From the IMG/VR virus record IMGVR_UViG_3300036770_003016: a DNA stretch of 64,000 nucleotides; one strand, written 5' to 3'. The notes below the pieces were generated by a model. It searched no databases, had not been told where the DNA came from, and saw only the letters and a program-made list of their open reading frames with translations. Of the stretch, positions 30,723-41,556 are shown one piece after another. The translations under genes and the position numbers were made by a program. Each line of letters begins with the position of its first letter. Positions within the stretch are counted from its first letter, which is position 1. The stretch is from a virus.

Positions 30723-31567
30723 TAGAAATCATCCAGTACTTCAATTAAGTTTTTGAGCCGGTTGGCAATCATATAGTTCATAAAGTCTTGTTTTGTCTTA
30801 GACTCTGTACTTTCGTATTTATTCAAAATGGTTTCTCTGATTGTATTTGGAATCTTAGTCAGATCAATTAGAGTTTCATTACGAACATAATTTCGCATCA
30901 TTTCATCGTTACAGAAGTCTTTTGGTTCTTGATTCAACCACTTGATGATCTTGGCTTCAGTAATTGGTTTTTGGCGGCCGCCTGAAACGAATACATCATC
31001 ACTCGAAAGAATGTTGGGAATACCATCACCTTTGTCACCACGAATTACCATCTGTTTCAACTGAACAGAAGGAAATGGTTCTTTTATAAACTTTTTAAGA
31101 ATTGGCGAATACTGTTCTACATTTGCAAACTTCTGCAATTGTGCAAAGTCTTTATCAGAGGAAAGAATCATAACCTTTTCAGAAGAAAACTTTTGTGCAA
31201 GAGTACCAATGATATCATCGGCTTCTGCACCTTCAACATCAATTACTTTGTATGGCGAATACTCTTTCAACTCTTCACGAATTTTATTCAATGATTCAAA
31301 GATAGAAGACCAGTCATGCCCAGAAGCATCTCTGGCCTTCTTACGACCTGCTTTGTAATGAGGATAAATCTCTCGACGCCAATAATGCTTGTTATCACAG
31401 GCAATTACAACTTCTGGGCCATGAGACGATTTAAACTTCTTCACATAGGTACGAATAGTATTCAATATCATATGACGAACTAGGTTTTCATCTACAGAAG
31501 TCTTAGATGAACCAATCTGTTCCATAAGATTTGAAATTGCTATTTGTTGATAATCAAAAATAATCAT
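30722..31567 (-). CDS. rnh: RNase H / 5'-3' exonuclease (T4 rnh)
   Basis: YWRR..YP.YKA.R, EADDII, SSDKDF.QL, GDKGDGIPN. Confidence 0.94.
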   Translation of the reverse strand: MIIFDYQQIAISNLMEQIGSSKTSVDENLVRHMILNTIRTYVKKFKSSHGPEVVIACDNKHYWRREIYPHYKAGRKKARDASGHDWSSIFESLNKIREELKEYSPYKVIDVEGAEADDIIGTLAQKFSSEKVMILSSDKDFAQLQKFANVEQYSPILKKFIKEPFPSVQLKQMVIRGDKGDGIPNILSSDDVFVSGGRQKPITEAKIIKWLNQEPKDFCNDEMMRNYVRNETLIDLTKIPNTIRETILNKYESTESKTKQDFMNYMIANRLKNLIEVLDDF

Positions 31568-31579
31568 TTTATACTTTCA

Positions 31580-31798
31580 TTAGTCTGTATGTGGAGGAAG
31601 ATCAACTTCTTCTTCCCAATATCTGCAATAGAAATGGTCTCCATAACTATCTATTTCTTTTTGCGGATAACCTTCTGCAACAAGCCAATCGTTAAACTCT
31701 TGATATGAAAGATTATCTTTTGGCATTGGTTTTGGAAACCCATACTTCCAACCAGCAGGAGGGTCACACACTCTTACAGTTCTAGTCATTGTTTTCAT
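31580..31798 (-). CDS. Hypothetical protein
   Basis: DPP.GWKYGFPK. Confidence 0.6.
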   Translation of the reverse strand: MKTMTRTVRVCDPPAGWKYGFPKPMPKDNLSYQEFNDWLVAEGYPQKEIDSYGDHFYCRYWEEEVDLPPHTD

Positions 31799-32282
31799 TC
31801 ATTATCTCTTTTAGTTTAGAAATAGTTTCATTCACATCTTTGTGCAGTATCGCAATTCCACCAGCTTCATTGAACGCATCAACAACATCTGGGGTATCGT
31901 CAATCAGTAAGTTGCCAGGAAATGCATAGTATTTCTTCACTTTGCGGCCTGGAACAAAATTTTCAGGTACTTCAATTCCTTGATTATATAACCACAAACG
32001 CTTTTGTTGACTTACCTCACTATGGAATGGAATACCGCCTGTTGACGATAGAATTTCAATACGAACAGGTAACATGCCAACATAATCGATCAGTTCTGAA
32101 AAACCAGGAAACCTATCGAGTGTGGCAAACTGTTCAGTACGAATAAACTCTTTCCAATTCTTTGAAAAGTTTTTACGATCACGATCTTCACCAGCAGCAC
32201 CTGTACCAAACAATTCTTTGTACCGTTTGTCGAAGTCTGCAAGGACTCCATCCATATCTAAGTATATTTTATTGATCTTCAC
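31782..32282 (-). CDS. 5'(3')-deoxyribonucleotidase, HAD family
   Basis: IYLDMDGVLADF, LIDD. Confidence 0.85.
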   Translation of the reverse strand: MKINKIYLDMDGVLADFDKRYKELFGTGAAGEDRDRKNFSKNWKEFIRTEQFATLDRFPGFSELIDYVGMLPVRIEILSSTGGIPFHSEVSQQKRLWLYNQGIEVPENFVPGRKVKKYYAFPGNLLIDDTPDVVDAFNEAGGIAILHKDVNETISKLKEIMNENND

Positions 32283-33352
32283 TTCACTACCCTTAAAAGG
32301 ATTGTATCATCATTTAAACGACCACTCAAAGCCGATTCTACGGCACGAATATTACTCAATGCATTACGCAAGTAGACTTTACCACCAGACAATACTTCTG
32401 GCAAAGTCACTTCAGGCTTACGCAACTTTTTCTGTATAGACTTTTCTTCACTAAAATTCACAATTGACGATCCTTTGACACTTAGACCACCAGCATCAGA
32501 AGCCTGATACATACCGAGTTTACGCAACTTGGTATTGTATACCCATAACTGACTAACACCAATTATACTCTTAATGTCAACAGAAGTCAAGCCGAGTTCT
32601 TTAAACTCTCGGCAATATTTTACTTTGGCAACTAATTGTTCTGGTGACTTTTGTTTCTTCTTGCGAGGTTTACGAGACTGTGTTGCAATCTCGGCAAATT
32701 TGCCAGCATCAATAATTACTTGATCACAATATGCTACAATTTTCTTAAGTTCTGTTTTCTTGAAATTGGAATAACCTTCTTTTAGGTCTTCTTCATCAGT
32801 ATTCAACACATAATCAAACTCTGCTCGTTTCAGTTTCACCCAATCAAGAATTTGTTTTACATGTACACCTTTTACCTCAAGAGTGTGCATGACAGAATAA
32901 GGTGAAACATTGGCTTTGAATGAGGTGTCAATCAGTTCATCAATTTGACCTTCTAGTTCACCAATACAAGCGTTTGCTTTTTCACGAATACGATCTTGAA
33001 TATTAGGTCCTGTTTTTACAACAACAGTTTCCTCTTTCTTTTCTGCCAATTCTGTTTTGATAGTTTCAATTTCAGCATCAAACCATTCTTTGTCTTTTTC
33101 TGAAAGAATAGAACCATTGGTTACAATACGACAAATAAAACCAAATGTAGATGTTTTGGCTTTGACTACAGATTCGGCACTAAGTTTAAATTTTTTCTTG
33201 AAATAATCGACGGCATATTTTGTTGCGTCTTTTTTGGATTTGTTTTGAGAATACCATGACAACATGCTGCCCAATTCAGAATTGGAAATTTCTTTTGCAA
33301 CCTTAGGTTCACTACCGACAAATTTTTCGTTCGCATCAAGAATACGAGCCAT
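32279..33352 (-). CDS. Conserved T4-like hypothetical protein
   Basis: 357 aa; LWVYNTK.RKL, KLRKP, GRLN.DTILL. Confidence 0.7.
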   Translation of the reverse strand: MARILDANEKFVGSEPKVAKEISNSELGSMLSWYSQNKSKKDATKYAVDYFKKKFKLSAESVVKAKTSTFGFICRIVTNGSILSEKDKEWFDAEIETIKTELAEKKEETVVVKTGPNIQDRIREKANACIGELEGQIDELIDTSFKANVSPYSVMHTLEVKGVHVKQILDWVKLKRAEFDYVLNTDEEDLKEGYSNFKKTELKKIVAYCDQVIIDAGKFAEIATQSRKPRKKKQKSPEQLVAKVKYCREFKELGLTSVDIKSIIGVSQLWVYNTKLRKLGMYQASDAGGLSVKGSSIVNFSEEKSIQKKLRKPEVTLPEVLSGGKVYLRNALSNIRAVESALSGRLNDDTILLRVVK

Positions 33353-33383
33353 TATAAATCTCCATTATTATCAATTAACTTAC

Positions 33384-33437
33384 ATTATATATGATTATAT
33401 GGGAATTGTCAAGCAGGTGTGTTGTTTATTTACAACA
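33384..33437 (-). promoter_or_regulatory. Early sigma70 promoter with upstream box
   Basis: TTGACA-17-TATAAT; TGTTG-N8-CAACA 33420-33437. Confidence 0.8.
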
Positions 33438-33514
33438 GTCTGGATTGATTAACCTGTAAGGCATATACCACATTTGAATAGCGGTATATACCCACAGGTC
33501 AAATACGAAAAACA

Positions 33515-33782
33515 TTATTTTGGTTCTTCCTCATTCTTCTTATCTTCATTGCCTTTAAATGCAGATATACCTAAAACTGCACCCATGGCCATGTGAAAGA
33601 ATCCTGCGCCTTGAAGTGTCAATGGTGCCCATTGTCTAAAGGCATCATTTTCTGGTTGTACTTCCCAAAATTGAATGATTGACCAACCAACTGGTGCAAC
33701 AACAAAATCAAACAAGCAAACAGAAAGATACATCCAACCCATCATATACTTCCACTTCATCATAGAATATTTTTCATCCATG
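33515..33782 (-). CDS. Holin-like membrane protein (3TM GTA-holin-like)
   Basis: W..MMGW.Y...C.FDF; W.PLTLQG.G.FH.AMGAVLG; start approximate (MDEKY). Confidence 0.55.
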
Positions 33783-33803
33783 ATAGTTCCTTTGTAGTGA
33801 TGT

Positions 33804-34067
33804 TTAACCTCTTTTCGTCCATGCGCTAATACCAACATACGCACCAACCACACCACCCAAAGCAATCCAGTATAATTCTAAAACTCCGTCCAACTTTGTA
33901 AGTCTATCATCAGACACAAAGAACATCAATGCAACAGCCGTAAATATCATTGCGGCCAAACTAACCCAAGCCATTCTCCTACGATTCTTGGCTCGTTGTT
34001 CGTATATCTCCAATTCTTTCTCGTTCACAATACCATCATCATTAACATCTATTTCTTCTTTTGACAT
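33804..34067 (-). CDS. Small membrane protein with EF-hand-like loop
   Basis: DVNDDGIVNEKE followed by two TM helices. Confidence 0.6.
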   Translation of the reverse strand: MSKEEIDVNDDGIVNEKELEIYEQRAKNRRRMAWVSLAAMIFTAVALMFFVSDDRLTKLDGVLELYWIALGGVVGAYVGISAWTKRG

Positions 34068-34591
34068 TAAAGGTTACCTACTGCTTGAGCAGCTGTTATA
34101 GCATAATCTATCATCAACCACCCAATTAAAGCACCAGATAGAACAATCACAGATACTATCACAACTAACTTTATAGTTTCAAAGAAATCTTTTCTCGCTT
34201 TCATCTGATCGATAAACATCTTGTTCCTTTTCTGGCGAACCTCTTCTCTCATTCTTCTAAACTCATCGTAACCATCTCTACCAAGATGATTGAGTTCACC
34301 ATAAAGAAACATATGATAGATTTCTTTTTCCATCTCTATCAATTTCTGTTTTGCTGCAAACATATCAAATGCTTCAGCTGTGTCACTTTTCGCAAACGAT
34401 ATCTTATCAAAAATACCCGGTTTCTTTTTCTTAATTTCCATTTCGGCAACTGTTCTATGGAAGTCACCAACATGTCCTGCCCAGGTACTCAATTGACTAT
34501 AGATATCAGATACTTCTCTACCAAGTTCTACTGCCTTTTTAACTCCATTAAAGGCAGCGGTAGCCGCAGCCATAATGGTAATCGGATCCAT
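34067..34591 (-). CDS. Conserved phage membrane-anchored protein
   Basis: MDPITI.AAA..AF; C-terminal TM; late promoters CTAAATA at 34650-34668. Confidence 0.65.
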   Translation of the reverse strand: MDPITIMAAATAAFNGVKKAVELGREVSDIYSQLSTWAGHVGDFHRTVAEMEIKKKKPGIFDKISFAKSDTAEAFDMFAAKQKLIEMEKEIYHMFLYGELNHLGRDGYDEFRRMREEVRQKRNKMFIDQMKARKDFFETIKLVVIVSVIVLSGALIGWLMIDYAITAAQAVGNL

Positions 34592-34674
34592 TTTTTTGTC
34601 CTTTCTTGTTTCATCATAAGAACAAAAAAATCAGTCAGTCAAACTTAGGTATTTAGTTAGGTATTTAGTCAAGA

Positions 34675-34751
34675 TGGTGCGCCCGGAGGGACTTGAACCC
34701 CCAACCAACGGATTATGAGTCCGCTGCTCTGACCAATTGAGCTACAGGCGC
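34675..34751 (-). tRNA. tRNA-Ile2 (CAT)
   Basis: Cloverleaf, loop CTCATAA, resembles ileX-type; CCA encoded. Confidence 0.85.
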
Positions 34752-34761
34752 AATGTTTGTA

Positions 34762-35235
34762 TTATACAACTATTTTAAGAAGACTTTCAAGGTGTTTTTT
34801 GTCTATATCAAGGTACTTAATCACTTCTTCTGGTTTAACGAAAGCATCTTCATTATAATCACACTGTTCCCACCACCAAAATTGTTGCTCACGAAGATAT
34901 TTTCTATCTTTCAATAGATTTATGTTTTCTGGATGTCCAAAAATTGTTGGGTCAGATTGACCAAAAAGAACTATACCTGGTTTACCAATATCCCAAGCTA
35001 AATGTTGAATAAAACTATCTACAGATATCCAAGTTCTGCAATTTTCAATGAGTGCAGTCAGTTCCAACACAGTCAAGTTTTTTCTAAAATCATCAACCAA
35101 TTGTTCTTCACCTTCAATACCAACTTGAACAATTGGTTCTTTGATTAGAGATATTAGTTCAGGCCACCAAGGATAATTTTTGGGATTATTCTTATCGTTT
35201 CTTAATTTTTTAGCATAAGGTGATATCACAATCAT
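34762..35235 (-). CDS. GT9 heptosyltransferase-like C-terminal domain
   Basis: ISVDSFIQHLA...GKPGIVLFG. Confidence 0.75.
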   Translation of the reverse strand: MIVISPYAKKLRNDKNNPKNYPWWPELISLIKEPIVQVGIEGEEQLVDDFRKNLTVLELTALIENCRTWISVDSFIQHLAWDIGKPGIVLFGQSDPTIFGHPENINLLKDRKYLREQQFWWWEQCDYNEDAFVKPEEVIKYLDIDKKHLESLLKIVV

Positions 35236-36209
35236 TTTTCTACTCCATACAATTTTCTAAATGCATTTTCGAGACTATCTTTCCATTTCCATTGATCCAT
35301 TTTAGTATAAACATTAAACGAACTAATATCACCAAATCTTTGAATTGCCTCAGCAATACTTTTGCCAGGAATTATTTCTGGATAACAAGAAAACACTATT
35401 GGATTCTGAATGTCTTTCAATACTCGTTTGAATACGATATGATCACCTAAACCACAATCTAAAACAACTGGTGTATATTCTTTTAATCCTAAAATATTGT
35501 TAAATATTTGTTCATCGTGAGCAAACATCTCTTGAGTACTAGTTCTAATACCACCTTGACGATTCTTTAGATGCCAAACTACAGCATCAGGTACAACCAA
35601 TAGTCTATATCCCTTTTGCCTAAATGCATAAGTGAATAATGTCTCTTCTCTGTGTGCAGCTCTAGACAATGCCAAATTGTAATCACATATTCCAGCACGA
35701 TACAGAAATGAACAATGTAAATGATCGACCTCTCTCACAACTCTAACATGATCCCATTGCATGTTGGGTTCATGCCAAATATCTTCTATTTTTCCTGTAC
35801 AAGCAATTCGTATAGTTTCAAATGGAGGTGTTAAAACTGAACCACCAACAGCACCAACATCATCATGATTTTGGATATAAGAATACAAATTCTTTAAAGT
35901 ATTAGGCTCTGCAACAGTATCGTCATCCAACCTCCAAACTAAATCATAACCCATTTTATTTGCAATTTGATGATTAAAGTGTTGGCCTTTTTTAAGACCA
36001 AACAATACTTGCCAACCAATATTTTTTTCTTCCAAAATAGAAAACAAATACGCATAATGTTGCATCTCTCGCATATCTTTTGGTTCATCATTGTCATCAA
36101 AAATGACCAAATGATCTGGTAATTTTTCTTGTGCAATTACAGATTGTATTGCCATAGGTAAAGTAGTATCATACCTTCCTCTAGTTGATATGGAACAAAG
36201 TACTCTCAT
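35232..36209 (-). CDS. GT2 glycosyltransferase with C-terminal GT9-like N-domain
   Basis: WRLDDD; C-terminal GLGDHI motif. Confidence 0.75.
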   Translation of the reverse strand: MRVLCSISTRGRYDTTLPMAIQSVIAQEKLPDHLVIFDDNDEPKDMREMQHYAYLFSILEEKNIGWQVLFGLKKGQHFNHQIANKMGYDLVWRLDDDTVAEPNTLKNLYSYIQNHDDVGAVGGSVLTPPFETIRIACTGKIEDIWHEPNMQWDHVRVVREVDHLHCSFLYRAGICDYNLALSRAAHREETLFTYAFRQKGYRLLVVPDAVVWHLKNRQGGIRTSTQEMFAHDEQIFNNILGLKEYTPVVLDCGLGDHIVFKRVLKDIQNPIVFSCYPEIIPGKSIAEAIQRFGDISSFNVYTKMDQWKWKDSLENAFRKLYGVEK

Positions 36210-38143
36210 TTAAAAGCCTCTACATTTAAAAATAAGTGAACAGTATGTGGCATAACATATTTTGAAGCTGGATCTTTTCTAGTAATATTTTTAAAACCTG
36301 CCCATCCTAAATTAGTTCTTAATTGTTGTTCAGTAAAAAGAAATTTGTGTGTTTGTCCTGGAACCCAGGGGTGTGCAAAAAAGTGCCCATATAGTAAAAC
36401 TCTCCAATCTTCAATATTCATTACTGGAGAACCTTCAACAAATGACCGACAGGTCTCTAAAAAGTCTGGAGTTTCCAACCATAATCTTCCACCTGGCTTC
36501 AATACACGAAACCATTCTTCCAATACATCTTTAATCTCAAAGAAGTGAAAATGCTCAATGATATGAAATGCCTTTATTTCATCTACAGAGTTATCGTCAT
36601 ATGGCAACTTTTGCACATCAAATCTAGCATCACAAACTGCATCATCGGGTGCATACAAGTCTATGTTTATATATCCTTCAGTATAATCATGACCACATGC
36701 TAGATGTAATTTGAGTGAATCTAGCATTTCGTGTTTATTCTTCAATAAAGGCATTTTAGACTTACCAATTGAAGCCTGAGAAGTGTTTCTATGCAAATAA
36801 AAGATAGTTTGAATTTTCTTATCAACAAATTTATAATTACTTTTCCATAGACGAATCCACATATCCCAATCTTCTACACTATCGAGATCACTATCGAATT
36901 TGTTTTCGACAAAACATTCTTTCTTAGCTACAACTGAAGACATCCATATAAAATTCCTATACAATAACTGTTTACCAATAAACTCTTTTGGAACTGGTAT
37001 ATTCACAATGTCCATTTTGGAAAATTTTTCATCAATGACAGTTGGCTTAGTGTAAACTATATCATATTGATTTAAATATATCAAACTAGTTTCTAAGTGG
37101 TTTTCTATCCAAGAATCATCAGAATCCAAAAATGCAATGTACTGACAACCATCTTTTATAGCTTGTTCAATTAAAAAATTTCTTCCATAACTTTGACCTT
37201 TATTTTGGTCCCCTCTGTAGTACTTGATAGTGTCATCGTTTTCTACTAAAAAGGAAATAGCTTCTTGTAGGTTATCGGTAGAATTGTCATCATAAATGTA
37301 ATGAGTCACATTTTTATATGATTGTATTTTGACAGAGTTGATACATCTAAAAATATGAGATATGTCATTGTAAATAGGAGTAATTACAGCAATAGTATTC
37401 TCACGCATAATATTTTTCTTCCAATATGGATTATGTTTCAATGCTACTCTAAAGGAATTCTTTAAAAAATTGGAACTCCAATTTTGCACTAAACTTTGAT
37501 CATGGACTGTACCTTCAGCTAAATGGTATATTGGATATTGTCCTGTGTGAAAGCTTTTAGTAGTTGGAAGTTTTGGTATACATTCATCAATCGTAAATCC
37601 ATTTTCTTCCGCTAAGATACAAAACTCAATATCTTCACAAGAACCAACCCCATACTCTTCATTGAGTAATCCAATTTTATCGAAAACTTTTCTGTCTATC
37701 ATCACACAGAAAAATATAGCAAAGTTTCTCACCACAACATTAGAATATTCTTTAACAACACAAGATATACCACAATTTACGTTTTTTGTAAATGGATCAT
37801 GCAGAATATTTAACCATAAATCTTTAGATTGATCAAGTAATATGCAATCATTGTTTAATAACACAACTTTATCACATGTTGTTAATTTAATACCTTCATT
37901 TGTTGCTTTTGGATATCCTAAAGGACTGTCATGCCAAAAATATTTGAAATTATCTTTTAAATTATTTTTAATGAAATGTTCTTTGAGTTCCTCAAGATAT
38001 TGTTTAGTGTTATCTGTGCATCCGTTGGCTGATATTACCAACTCAATATCTTCAATAGTCGAATACTTCAAAATTGATTCAACACACGGCTTTAATAAAT
38101 CATCACAATGATTATAAGTTGGTATAACTATAGAATATTTCAT
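36206..38143 (-). CDS. Tandem GT2-GT2-methyltransferase fusion
   Basis: SIVIPTYN..LLNND; VITPIYN..FLDSDD; LHLACG..HIIEH..RVLKPGG. Confidence 0.85.
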   Translation of the reverse strand: MKYSIVIPTYNHCDDLLKPCVESILKYSTIEDIELVISANGCTDNTKQYLEELKEHFIKNNLKDNFKYFWHDSPLGYPKATNEGIKLTTCDKVVLLNNDCILLDQSKDLWLNILHDPFTKNVNCGISCVVKEYSNVVVRNFAIFFCVMIDRKVFDKIGLLNEEYGVGSCEDIEFCILAEENGFTIDECIPKLPTTKSFHTGQYPIYHLAEGTVHDQSLVQNWSSNFLKNSFRVALKHNPYWKKNIMRENTIAVITPIYNDISHIFRCINSVKIQSYKNVTHYIYDDNSTDNLQEAISFLVENDDTIKYYRGDQNKGQSYGRNFLIEQAIKDGCQYIAFLDSDDSWIENHLETSLIYLNQYDIVYTKPTVIDEKFSKMDIVNIPVPKEFIGKQLLYRNFIWMSSVVAKKECFVENKFDSDLDSVEDWDMWIRLWKSNYKFVDKKIQTIFYLHRNTSQASIGKSKMPLLKNKHEMLDSLKLHLACGHDYTEGYINIDLYAPDDAVCDARFDVQKLPYDDNSVDEIKAFHIIEHFHFFEIKDVLEEWFRVLKPGGRLWLETPDFLETCRSFVEGSPVMNIEDWRVLLYGHFFAHPWVPGQTHKFLFTEQQLRTNLGWAGFKNITRKDPASKYVMPHTVHLFLNVEAFK

Positions 38144-39351
38144 TTGATTGCTTCCACCCTAAAATTAGGTCCATCATGGCCAAGAATTTGTTCTTGCATA
38201 AACTTTATTTCTCTAAAACCAGCACCAGCTAAATGGTCATACACTATTTCTGGATACCATCCAAAAAGATGTGGGCTAGTGATCTCTTCAGGATCACCTG
38301 AATGTCTAGTATTTACTGTACCATAGATAGAAGTCAACAATCTGTAACGCACCATCTTATCATTGGTGTTTATGAATTGCCTACATAATTCTTCAATATT
38401 TGGCATCTCCATAATTAATTTGCCATTAGGTTTTAATACTCTTTTCCACTCAACAAGTGTTTTCATTATTTTAAATGGACTGATATGTTCAAAAACATGT
38501 GATGCTAAAATTTCATCTGCATAATTGTCACTGAAATCTAACTTTGTTATATCCATTTTGAGATCAGCTCTTTCATCATACAAGTCAATATTCAAGTAAT
38601 TGTCATAAGGAAGAGGACCAGAACCTAAATTTAATTTTGCATTTTTGAGATGACGATCATAAATTATAATTTTATTACGATTCAACACATCTTTGTAAGT
38701 TGGCACTTTTGTTAGAAAAGTCTGACTAGATTTGTGAAAGATTGGAACTGTACCATTATATCCAGTTTTTGTATTTTCCCAATTTCCAGCTTGTTTTAAT
38801 TCAAACCCACTATTTAAAGCTCGAAGACAATAATCTATGTCTTCACAATTGCCTGGAGAAAAAACTTCATCTAGTAGACCAATTTTATCAATGACTTTTC
38901 TATCTATCATCACACAAAAGAAAAAAAGTAAATCTTTCTTCAAGTGCTTATCAGTCAACAGCAAAGGACCAGTAATGCCAACTCTTTCATTTTCTAAAAA
39001 TGGTTGTTCTAACATCTTTAACCAATAATCTTTGATTTGATCTAGAAGTACACAATCATTATTCAATAAAATAATTTTTTCGCCAGTCGAGATTTTTATC
39101 CCTTCATTTATAGCTTTAGGATAACCAATTGCTTCATTGAACCAAACAGTTTTAAAGTTATTTGGCAAATTTCTTTCTGTGAAGAATGTTTTTAAGTCTT
39201 GTAGAAATAATTCAGTATTATCTTTGCATCCATTAGCAGAAATAATAAGTTCTATGTTTTCTACAGATGTATGACGAATAATAGACTCAACACATGGAAT
39301 TAAAAATTCATTACAATAGTCATATGTTGGAATAATTATGGAATATTTCAA
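38140..39351 (-). CDS. GT2-methyltransferase fusion
   Basis: SIIIPTY, LLNND, EDIDY; LNLGSG, HVFEH, RVLKPNG. Confidence 0.85.
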   Translation of the reverse strand: MKYSIIIPTYDYCNEFLIPCVESIIRHTSVENIELIISANGCKDNTELFLQDLKTFFTERNLPNNFKTVWFNEAIGYPKAINEGIKISTGEKIILLNNDCVLLDQIKDYWLKMLEQPFLENERVGITGPLLLTDKHLKKDLLFFFCVMIDRKVIDKIGLLDEVFSPGNCEDIDYCLRALNSGFELKQAGNWENTKTGYNGTVPIFHKSSQTFLTKVPTYKDVLNRNKIIIYDRHLKNAKLNLGSGPLPYDNYLNIDLYDERADLKMDITKLDFSDNYADEILASHVFEHISPFKIMKTLVEWKRVLKPNGKLIMEMPNIEELCRQFINTNDKMVRYRLLTSIYGTVNTRHSGDPEEITSPHLFGWYPEIVYDHLAGAGFREIKFMQEQILGHDGPNFRVEAIK

Positions 39352-40109
39352 AGTTTCTCCAAAGTCAAATTAGTTTTTGTCATATCAGCACAAGTGTATT
39401 TCTGATATGAACATTTTAAATTTTCAGGCATTTCAATTTCTCGTATATCATTTGTGTATAGTTTAGCAACATCCAAAAAACTCATAGTGGTGCCAGTGCC
39501 AAGATTCCATATACCAGATTCTTGTACATCTAGAAATTTTTCATGGAAGTCTACAATTTGATCAACATGAATAAAGTCTCTTTTATAATTTTCACTATCT
39601 TTAAATACTTTCACATAGCCTAACTTTTCATGCTGAATCTTAAATTGTGTAAAAGGACTTGCTTGGGAACCTTTGTGTTCTTCATTAGAACCGTACACAT
39701 TAAAATAACGAAAAATTTGTGTGGTATGCTTTGATGGATTATTTTTTACATAACGCTCAAACATATATTTAGACCACGAATAAGGTGTTCTAGGATCAAC
39801 AGGTGATTCTTCAGTAAACTCAGTATTTAACCCATAGACAGATGCTGAGCTTGCAAACTGAAATTTTTTACCAGATAACTTACATAGATCATAAAGTGCT
39901 ACTGAGAAATCGTAATTTTGTCTGAATATCTTGTCTACATCTTTTTCAGTAGTAGAACTAATACCACCAACATGAATTACCCATTCAACCTTAGTGATAT
40001 CGGGAAATTCTCTTCCCCATTCATAAGTAACAACATCATGCTTGTCTTTAAGTCTGTTTAATAGGTGTGATCCAATAAAACCTTTGTGTCCTGTAATTAG
40101 TATTTTCAT
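39348..40109 (-). CDS. hldD: ADP-L-glycero-D-manno-heptose 6-epimerase
   Basis: ITGHKGFIG, ASSASVYG, YSWSK, RYFNVYG..E.HKG.QAS, YQKYT.AD. Confidence 0.85.
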   Translation of the reverse strand: MKILITGHKGFIGSHLLNRLKDKHDVVTYEWGREFPDITKVEWVIHVGGISSTTEKDVDKIFRQNYDFSVALYDLCKLSGKKFQFASSASVYGLNTEFTEESPVDPRTPYSWSKYMFERYVKNNPSKHTTQIFRYFNVYGSNEEHKGSQASPFTQFKIQHEKLGYVKVFKDSENYKRDFIHVDQIVDFHEKFLDVQESGIWNLGTGTTMSFLDVAKLYTNDIREIEMPENLKCSYQKYTCADMTKTNLTLEKL

Positions 40110-40462
40110 TTCTGTGAATCTCCTGGCAAAACTCTATAGTTATCTTCAACGGAATCAGGAGTAGACACTTCTAGAATTGTTCCTTCTTTATAACAAACGA
40201 CTTGATGTGGAAAAAGTGGATCGTTATGCCATACATCACCTTTCTGTAGAACTTTTTCTTCAACCTTTGCGTTCTCAGTATTGATCCAACGAACAACAAA
40301 TTCACCACTCATCACATACCAAGTCTCAATCTTTTCTTTATGAAAATGCATTGAGAATTTAGCAGCTTTCTTGAAATGCATAAACTTACTACAATAGTGG
40401 TCGTTAGTAACCCAAATTTCTTCTAATCCCCAACCTTTTTCTACTTTACCTTCTAATCGCAT
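40106..40462 (-). CDS. Cupin sugar isomerase-like protein
   Basis: KGWG.E, SMHFH..K.ETW, EVSTPD...DNYRV. Confidence 0.8.
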   Translation of the reverse strand: MRLEGKVEKGWGLEEIWVTNDHYCSKFMHFKKAAKFSMHFHKEKIETWYVMSGEFVVRWINTENAKVEEKVLQKGDVWHNDPLFPHQVVCYKEGTILEVSTPDSVEDNYRVLPGDSQK

Positions 40463-41211
40463 ATCTCATCCAATGTCGGTGCATACACACCCATATGTTG
40501 AACAGTAATTGATGATGCTTTGTTTGCAAACTCTATTGCAGAACCTACATGATTTGTTAGCAGATAGTTATATACCAATGCTGCAAGAAAAGTATCACCT
40601 GCACCACATACATCAGACACTTCTACAGGCTTTGCACTAAAGAATTTGTTTTTATATGTAGCACCTTTGTCACCAAGAGTAACAATCAAGTCAGAACAAT
40701 ATGACTTTGCCTGTTGATATTCTCTGCTGTTGATTTTAACAAAACAGCCTTCGAATCTAGAAAGTTCTGTCTTTTTAGTATCAATGAATATTGGGCAAGT
40801 TTGTTCTTGTCTTGTCTGTTCGATAAGTCCATAAGAAACACATCCCTTGTTGTAGTCAGAAAACACAATGGCGTCATATTTTTTATCTTTCAAGTTTAAA
40901 GTAAGTTCTTTTGATTCAACATCTTCATCTATGCGTAAAAGGTGCTGATTACTTTTGAGATCAATGAGTCTTGTTTTCTTAGAAAGTGCGCCAACTACCA
41001 TATCGACATCACAATTCAATGCCAATAGATTATTGCCAACATTAGAAGCCATACCTAATTTTAATTCTTGTTTTTCTGGAACAAAAATTGGTACTGGAGC
41101 TTCAGGACTTAGTTTAGTGACATTACCGTACTGATAGATATCAATACAAGTATCACCGACTAATAATATCTTGAATTTTTTTTGTTGTGGAATATTCTTC
41201 AATTCGATCAA
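40453..41211 (-). CDS. hldA: Heptose-7-phosphate kinase (HldA/RfaE domain I)
   Basis: LSPEAPVP, SDYNKG, DVCGAGDTF. Confidence 0.9.
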   Translation of the reverse strand: MIELKNIPQQKKFKILLVGDTCIDIYQYGNVTKLSPEAPVPIFVPEKQELKLGMASNVGNNLLALNCDVDMVVGALSKKTRLIDLKSNQHLLRIDEDVESKELTLNLKDKKYDAIVFSDYNKGCVSYGLIEQTRQEQTCPIFIDTKKTELSRFEGCFVKINSREYQQAKSYCSDLIVTLGDKGATYKNKFFSAKPVEVSDVCGAGDTFLAALVYNYLLTNHVGSAIEFANKASSITVQHMGVYAPTLDEICD

Positions 41212-41545
41212 AATAAATCACCTGTTTACAATATTTTTCACCTGTAATACTCTTACCTCTATAATCAGAACCTTTCACCATTATATCACATTCTTTGATG
41301 AAGTCAATCAATTCTTCTTTACTATCAAACAATCTTACCTCATCTACAGCCTTGAGGTTTTCCAACATCATTTTTCTTTCATACTGATTATTTATTGGTC
41401 TTTCAGAACCCTTTAGTTCTTTCACTCGACGATCCGTATCGATGCAAACCAAAAGAAAATCTCCCAAACTTCTCGCAAAGTTTAGGAGCTCTAAATGACC
41501 AACATGTAATATATCAAATGTACCGTTTACAATAATTTTCTTCAT
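41153..41545 (-). CDS. hldC: Heptose-1-phosphate adenylyltransferase (HldC/RfaE domain II)
   Basis: NGTFDILHVGH, LKGSERPIN, KGSDY, STT. Confidence 0.9.
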   Translation of the reverse strand: MKKIIVNGTFDILHVGHLELLNFARSLGDFLLVCIDTDRRVKELKGSERPINNQYERKMMLENLKAVDEVRLFDSKEELIDFIKECDIMVKGSDYRGKSITGEKYCKQVIYFDRIEEYSTTKKIQDIISR

Positions 41546-41556
41546 ATAAGTATTTA